This document shows, piece after piece, positions 58,347 to 64,000 of a DNA stretch of 64,000 nucleotides. The position numbers and the translations under genes are program-made. The first letter of the stretch is position 1. Each line of letters begins with the position of its first letter. Source of the DNA: a bacterium (GTDB taxonomy: Bacteria; UBA8248; JACPRG01; G963555815); NCBI GenBank assembly GCA_965218795.1, contig OZ244653.1, positions 512,001 through 576,000 on the forward strand, in the 5' to 3' direction. Below the pieces are notes generated by a model, which saw nothing but the letters and a program-made list of their open reading frames with translations, searched no databases and was not told where the DNA came from.

Positions 58347-59216
58347 CTAATGTCCCAGGCCGGTGATGGTGGCCGCCCCCGCAACAATCAGAGCAGACCC
58401 GAGAAAGAGCCGGGCCGTGATCTGCTCTTTCTCTTTCAGGAAGATCCAAGCGAGCAACACCACAAGCAGAGGGGCGGTGTGCACCAGGGGCACGACAACG
58501 CTGACGGTGCCCAAGCGAAGACCCTCCAGCAGCATGTAGAGGGCCAGGGCAATCCCCAGCATATGAACAAAGTATAAGAACAGCCCCTTGGGATGAAAGT
58601 TCAGCCGGGAGCCTGCCGGCATGAGCGGAAGCAGCAGGATGAGTGTCAGCACCGCCCCCACATTCCCGATCGCCATCCCCGTTGTCGATGATGGAATGTA
58701 GTCGAGTCCAATCTTACGGAAGGTGTGCGAGAGAGCGAAGAAAAGGGCCGCCAGAACGGCAAACACATAGCCCGATCTGCTTTGCATGCCTCCTTTTCTT
58801 TCATAGGCGAGCGCGCCTACGCCGGAGACGATGCCCAGGGTTCCTATCCAAACCCACGCATTCGGCCGTTCTCCCAGAAAGAGGATGGCTGCAACGGCAC
58901 TGAAAAGAGGAGAGGTTCCCAAAACCGTTGCCGCTCGGGCGACGCCGATACGGGCGAAGGCCGCGAAATAGCAGATCACGCCGAGGCCCGGGTCAAAGGC
59001 CCCTGAAGCGAAAAACCACCAGCCCCCGGCATTGAAGATGTCGGGGCGGGGAGAAATCGAAAGGGCCAGGAGTCCAAAAATGATCAAGTGGACAACGGCC
59101 TGCATCATCGCCCCTGTGTATGGGGATGCATACCGCACAGCGACGCGGGCCGCGAATTCCGAGCAGGCGAAGGCCGAGGCCGAGTACAGGGCGAGCGAGA
59201 CGGGCGTGTAAAACAT
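58347..59216 (-). CDS. DMT/EamA-family transporter
   Basis: About ten TM segments; duplicated PL...A.LFLGE / PL...AWIFLKE motifs. Confidence 0.88.
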   Translation of the reverse strand: MFYTPVSLALYSASAFACSEFAARVAVRYASPYTGAMMQAVVHLIIFGLLALSISPRPDIFNAGGWWFFASGAFDPGLGVICYFAAFARIGVARAATVLGTSPLFSAVAAILFLGERPNAWVWIGTLGIVSGVGALAYERKGGMQSRSGYVFAVLAALFFALSHTFRKIGLDYIPSSTTGMAIGNVGAVLTLILLLPLMPAGSRLNFHPKGLFLYFVHMLGIALALYMLLEGLRLGTVSVVVPLVHTAPLLVVLLAWIFLKEKEQITARLFLGSALIVAGAATITGLGH

Positions 59217-59339
59217 GGGGTGATTGGCGTTCCGGTCTCCCCAAGAGGAGATCCAAATGCGGTGTTGGCGGAGAATACGGGACCCAGTCCTGACCTTCAA
59301 GAGCCCAATCAAGCTTATCAGATTGGCGGCAGGATCGCC

Positions 59340-61260
59340 ACTCGTCCGGGTAGAATCCTTCTCCGAAGGGCGCCCCCATGTCTTCGTTCTCCCCCACGTC
59401 GGCCAGTTCCTTCCGTACCGGATCCGAGGAGATACGCGCGAACCCCACGGTTTCCTTCAATCGGCTGGCGACGAGCGACTTCCCCGCCCCGGGAAGTCCG
59501 CCTACCAGGACGAGACAGGGTCGTTTGGTCGATGAGGCGAGTATCCGCAGCGGCCAGGAGAAAGTGAGCGCGGACGCTCTCGAGGGCACTCTCCTGATCG
59601 GCCGGAGGGACCTCGGATTCCGCGCGACTTCATTCCCTCCACCTTTCCCCGTACGACCGCCCGGTAGGCCTTGTAGAACGGGAGGAGAGTTCTTCCTCCC
59701 TTGTCCGGGTGCGCTTCGAGATAGGCATCGGTGAAGACCTGGGAGAGATCGCCCCGGCCTTGAAAGTCCAGGTCCATCGCCAGAAAGGCCATGTCGGAGA
59801 TGGGGTCGGCGTAGCGATAGCGCTCGTTGTCCGGGATCGATAATAACTGTAGGGGCAATCGTTACAGGAAATACCGGATAATACCGGGAAATACCGGGAC
59901 GGGGGTCGGTTTTTGCCGTTGCGGGTGCTCCGCAAAGATGCGTTTCAAATCCTGATCTTTCGTCAAAAGGCGGACCGTCACTTTTTGGCCTCGGATCGCC
60001 TCAATACAGCGTAACAAGCGGCTTTTTCGGGGCTTTTAAAGACGGGAGGGGTTGACAACAGCCTGTAAGGCCCGAATGGGAGGACAGCGCACCCAGGAGA
60101 AAGCCGGACGACTGCTCGGGACCCCACTAAAACAACAAAAGAAATAATTGTAGATTTCAAGCGTGCAACGGTCGCAAAAGGCCCCTGACGCGCCGTTTCA
60201 TGGGCGATTCAGGGGCCTTTTGCGGGGGGATTTTCCACATGTCATTCCCGCGGAAGCCTGCCTCCGGTCCTTCAATCACTCCCCCCCTTGAGGGGGAGTC
60301 GGCAAGGCGAGGACGAAGTCCGCAGCCGAGCCGGTGGGGGGAAGACGGCTGTTCGTCTTGACGCGGCGGAGGGAGTAGCCTTGTTGCCGGACAAGGACGG
60401 GAACCCATGCGGCATGGCTTCCAACGGGAGCCTTCGGGGACTCGCCCCCAGCCCGTCATTCCCGCGAAGCCTGCCCTCGAATGCTTCAATCGGGAGGCGG
60501 GAATCCATAGACCCCCGTGGCCGGCGCCACGCTCGCATTCATGATCTGCGCCACGACCCGTGCGATCCTTGCCCTGCACGGGCGCTCTGGATTCCTGCTG
60601 TAGCCTGCCCTCGAATGTCTTAATCGGGGGCAGGAATGACCGAGAGCCTGCCCCTGCATGGATTCAGCAGGGGGCACCGCAATCCGAAAGTCATTCATTA
60701 AGGATGGTGTCCCCAGAATCCCGGGATGAGCGTCGCCCTGGTCGGAAAGCTGATCGGCCGCCGGCATCGAGCACGGTCCATGCACGCCCCTTGCAATGGC
60801 TTTTCACGGGCGGCTTCCAGGCCATTTACAAATAATTCTGATCCCATTCTCAATGATTTTCGCTCCGCTGCAACCGTTGAACTCGATGCAGTCCAGGACC
60901 ACGAGGTCGCCGGGGGTGTCCTCTCCGGGGAAAGAATAAACGTAACCCAGGTGCAGGTTCCCGTGGGTGTCGCGCGGGACCTTCCGGCCCGCCCGATCCT
61001 CAATCAGGCCGCGGTGCTCTTCCAATACGGCTTCGGTCATACACTGGAGCCTCTCGAAGACCCGGCGGCTGACGGAGAAATTGATGAATGGTTCGACCTG
61101 TTCGAAGTTCTCGCGGCAGTTGCCCGCTACGGCTTGCCACTGAGCCCAGCGCGAGACATGCTCACCCGACTCGGCCCGGTCATGAAACGCCGCGGTCCGT
61201 CTTCCGTGGTCTCTGACCGTGTCGCCCCCCAGACCCTCTCGCTGGAGCAGGCGAAACATG
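59340..61260 (-). pseudogene. Aminoglycoside-phosphotransferase-like / P-loop kinase fusion gene, frameshifted and split by a ~1 kb insertion
   Basis: DTHGNLHLG..LDCIEFN at about 60875 resumes as NERYRYADPISDMAFLAMDL at about 59829; later GGLPGAGKS, SSDPVRKEL. Confidence 0.8.
60241..60640. repeat. Cluster of REP/RPE-like palindromic repeats
   Basis: GTCATTCCCGCG...GCGGGAATCC and inverse TGGATTCCTGC...GCAGGAATGAC; repeated GCCTGCCCTCGAATG...AATCGGG; ACTCCCCC-CTTGA-GGGGGAGT-type hairpin. Confidence 0.7.
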
Positions 61261-61549
61261 GGGAGCTCTATTGGCATGCTCTTGACAATCTTAAAGGTAA
61301 AAGGTTCAGATTGCCTCACACAGCACCGGTTTGGAATGGGTCCTCGGAGTTTGAAATGGGGAAATCCCGTTCAATTCCTATCAGGGTTGTCCGAAGGCCG
61401 AAGCAGAATGCCCCTCTCCTGGCCCCGTGCAGGAGAGGGGGCGAAGCGTCGCCTATGGGAAGGAGAGAAGGGATGACGCGCGGAGGCGGCCGTCACGCGG
61501 CGTTGAATTTGCGAGTCGGGTAGGAAACCAAATTGGAGGAGAACAAATC

Positions 61550-62563
61550 ATGGACCGGAACAAGAGCAGTGTTTTCACACGGGTCGCAGTGCTGTCGGTG
61601 TTCCTGCTTCTTCTTGCCTGGCCTTCGCCTGGTTGGGGTCAAATGAAGGACAAGGTGCTCCTGCGGGATTCCTGGGTGTTCACCACCAAGACCGCCGCCC
61701 TTTTCCTCGGGAGGGAGAAAGGGTTCTTCGCGGCTGAAGGGATTGATCTCACGATGGAGCCGGGACGAGGCTCAGCCTTGAACTTCAAGCTTCTGGGGGC
61801 CAAGAAGCTCCTGTTTGCCATAGGGAACGCCGCCACCGGAACGAGATTCATCACCGAGGGTCAACCCGTCACAGTCGTTTGGGGCTGGTATCAGACGAGC
61901 CCGCAATGCATCGTCGTCCAACGGAAATTGGGGGTGAAGACTCCGAAGGACCTGGAGGGGAAGAGGCTGGGCGATGCGCCCGGAAGCGCGGGCAGGGCCG
62001 TCTTCTCCGCCGTGGCCAAGGCCAATGGAGTGAGCCTGTCCAAGGTCAACTGGGTGAACCTGACCCCGGCCGCCAAGCTGACGGCGCTCCTGGACGGAAG
62101 CGTGGATGCCATCACCACCTATTTCCCGGACGTCCCCATCATCCGTTCGAAGGGCGGGAGTGTCGACTCTTTGTTGTTCGCGGACTTTGGGGTCAATACG
62201 CTCGGAACCTCTATCAGCGTGCACAATTCCGTTCTTACCGAAAAGGCCGATCTACTTCGCCGGCTGCTGCGCGGTGTAAGCCGGACCGTCCAGTACGCGC
62301 TGACCCACCGCGACGACGTCGTCGCGGCCCTGAAGAGGGCCGCCCCGCTCGTCATGAAAAACACGGAGGTCGGCCGGAAGTCGCTGGATGCATACCTCAC
62401 CTTGCTTCACACAAAGAACACCATGGGCAAGCCCCTCGGATGGATGGCGAAGAAGGACTGGCAAGAGACCGTGGATATCCTCTCGAAGTATGGGGGCATG
62501 CAGAATCCGCTCCCCGCGGAGAAATACTATACGAACGCCTTTGTCTCATCCGCCACCTTCTGA
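61550..62563 (+). CDS. ABC transporter substrate-binding protein, NMT1/THI5 family
   Basis: GGAGGAG RBS, signal peptide, EKGFFAAEGIDL, KTPKDLEGKRLG, ALLDGSVDA. Confidence 0.88.
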   Translation: MDRNKSSVFTRVAVLSVFLLLLAWPSPGWGQMKDKVLLRDSWVFTTKTAALFLGREKGFFAAEGIDLTMEPGRGSALNFKLLGAKKLLFAIGNAATGTRFITEGQPVTVVWGWYQTSPQCIVVQRKLGVKTPKDLEGKRLGDAPGSAGRAVFSAVAKANGVSLSKVNWVNLTPAAKLTALLDGSVDAITTYFPDVPIIRSKGGSVDSLLFADFGVNTLGTSISVHNSVLTEKADLLRRLLRGVSRTVQYALTHRDDVVAALKRAAPLVMKNTEVGRKSLDAYLTLLHTKNTMGKPLGWMAKKDWQETVDILSKYGGMQNPLPAEKYYTNAFVSSATF

Positions 62564-62635
62564 TCCCGGGCTTGGGTCCGAGTCCAGACCGCGGAGGGCA
62601 ATCGAAGAAAAAGAGCGGCACCGGGCCGGAAGGGA

Positions 62636-62716
62636 GACGGCAATAACTTCGTTGGTTTTATAAACCGCGCGGGCGACGGGTTCGTTTCCGTCCAATGTGG
62701 CGAATTTCGGGGTCAT
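62636..62716 (-). pseudogene. N-terminal stub of pyruvate:ferredoxin/flavodoxin oxidoreductase
   Basis: MTPKFATLDGNEPVARAVYKTNEVIA resembles a NifJ/PFOR start, then similarity stops. Confidence 0.55.
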
Positions 62717-62901
62717 TGGCTGATCCCCCCCGTGCATCGGCATGATGGATGGGGGCGCGGCCGCGCGACGGGTCAAGCAATCTGCGCATCACCACGTCCC
62801 ATCGCTGCATCCATATGCGGTCCTGCGGCGGAATGCAGTATGATGTGGATCGTATTGAGGGGGGCTAAAGAGGGCAGTGGGGGGGGTGCGCTGAACGCCG
62901 G

Positions 62902-64000
62902 TCATTCCAGGGCTTCTGCCACCAATTCAACCAAATCCTTGACAACCAGCCGGTCGTCGGCGTTCTTTGTCTTGATTCCATCTTCGAACATCTGCATGCA
63001 GAAGGGGCACGCAACGGCCACGGTATTGACGTCCGCGTCGAGGGCGTCCTGCACACGGATCTGGTTGATGCGGTCGTCTGCTTCGCCGTCTTCCATCCAC
63101 GCAAAGCCCCCGCCCGCCCCGCAGCATAGGCCGTTGGAGCGGGTTCGTTTCATCTCCCGAACATCCGCTCCCGGCAGGGCGGAAACCACCTTGCGGGGGG
63201 CGTCGTAAATTTTGTTGTGCCGGCCGAGATAGCAGGAATCATGGTACGTGATCCGGCCGACGGCCTCCCCCGATATGTTGAGGCGGCCCGCCCGGATCAG
63301 TTCGGCGACGTACTCGGCGTGATGGACGACTTCATAATGACCGCCCAATTGGGGGTACTCGCGCTTGATGGTATTGAAGCAGTGCGGGCAGTGGGTAAGG
63401 ACCTTTTTCACACCGAACCGGTCCAGTGTTTCGATGTTCTTCCGAGCCATCATCTGGAAGGAATACTCGTTGCCGACGCGGCGCGCCGGATCGCCGGTGC
63501 AGACCTCATCGGCCCCCAGGACGGCGAAATCCACGCCCGCGGCCTTGAGCACCGTGACGAGGGCCTGGGCTGTTTTCATATTTCGGTCGACCAGCGAAGC
63601 GGTGCATCCGACCCAATAGAGGATTTCGGCGCTTCCCTTCTCCGAGAGAACGGGGACATCCAGGCCCTCCATCCAGTCGGTCCGGGAGAACCGCGTTCCC
63701 TTCCAAGGGTGCATGCGGTCATCCAGGCTCTTGAGGAACGTCTGGGTTGTCTCGGGCATCTTCGATTCCATGAGGACCTGATGGCGCCGGGTTTCGATGA
63801 TCTTCGGGATGTGCTCGATGTGAACCGGACAAGCCTCTTGGCAGGCCCCGCAGGTGCGGCACGCCCAGATCGCCTCAGACTTCAGGATGTCGACCAGCGG
63901 GGAGGCCTCTTCGGATGAGCCGATTTTGGACATCTGGCGCCGAATATCCAGGATGATGTTCTGGGGCGACAGTGGGGTTCCGCTCAGATACGCCGGACAG
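62902..64000 (-). CDS. Heterodisulfide-reductase-like Fe-S oxidoreductase (FadF/GlpC type); 5' end outside window
   Basis: CRTCGACQEACP, YWVGC, CTGDPARR, CPHC, YHDSCYLGR, CCGAGGG, ACPFC. Confidence 0.9.
   Translation of the reverse strand, partial: CPAYLSGTPLSPQNIILDIRRQMSKIGSSEEASPLVDILKSEAIWACRTCGACQEACPVHIEHIPKIIETRRHQVLMESKMPETTQTFLKSLDDRMHPWKGTRFSRTDWMEGLDVPVLSEKGSAEILYWVGCTASLVDRNMKTAQALVTVLKAAGVDFAVLGADEVCTGDPARRVGNEYSFQMMARKNIETLDRFGVKKVLTHCPHCFNTIKREYPQLGGHYEVVHHAEYVAELIRAGRLNISGEAVGRITYHDSCYLGRHNKIYDAPRKVVSALPGADVREMKRTRSNGLCCGAGGGFAWMEDGEADDRINQIRVQDALDADVNTVAVACPFCMQMFEDGIKTKNADDRLVVKDLVELVAEALE

Overview
The window has two parts. About 1-45.5 kb is an accessory, IS-scarred region. 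About 45.7-64 kb looks like chromosome of a Gram-negative bacterium (heptosyltransferase, GH13 phosphorylase, eno, class I aldolase, tRNA-Ala, lpdA, Fe-S oxidoreductase). The accessory part holds: (i) a broken type I R-M locus (hsdS, darG and hsdR remnants) enclosing an intact Dam-type MTase / ParB-like / PD-(D/E)xK three-gene cassette; (ii) an apparently complete, GC-rich F-type conjugation region (traALEKBVC, HD-like gene, trbI, trhF, traWU, trbC, traNFHG, candidate eex, traD, MOBF relaxase) headed by a phage-like cI / cro-cro-xis switch that is present twice; (iii) toxin-antitoxin modules and relics; (iv) a Tat-lipoprotein vanadium-haloperoxidase-like gene plus porin, divergent from a Cre-like tyrosine recombinase, with a consensus promoter between two inverted lox-like sites (candidate invertible promoter); (v) a Y-family polymerase, a HEPN protein, an atypical tRNA-Asn and many IS remnants. 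Also seen: a probable UxxC selenoprotein truncated in the ORF track, three copies of an unexplained ~135 bp AT-rich element with an IHF-like site, and a ~1 kb insertion without a credible ORF splitting a kinase pseudogene. All calls come from motif recognition by eye; no searches were run.
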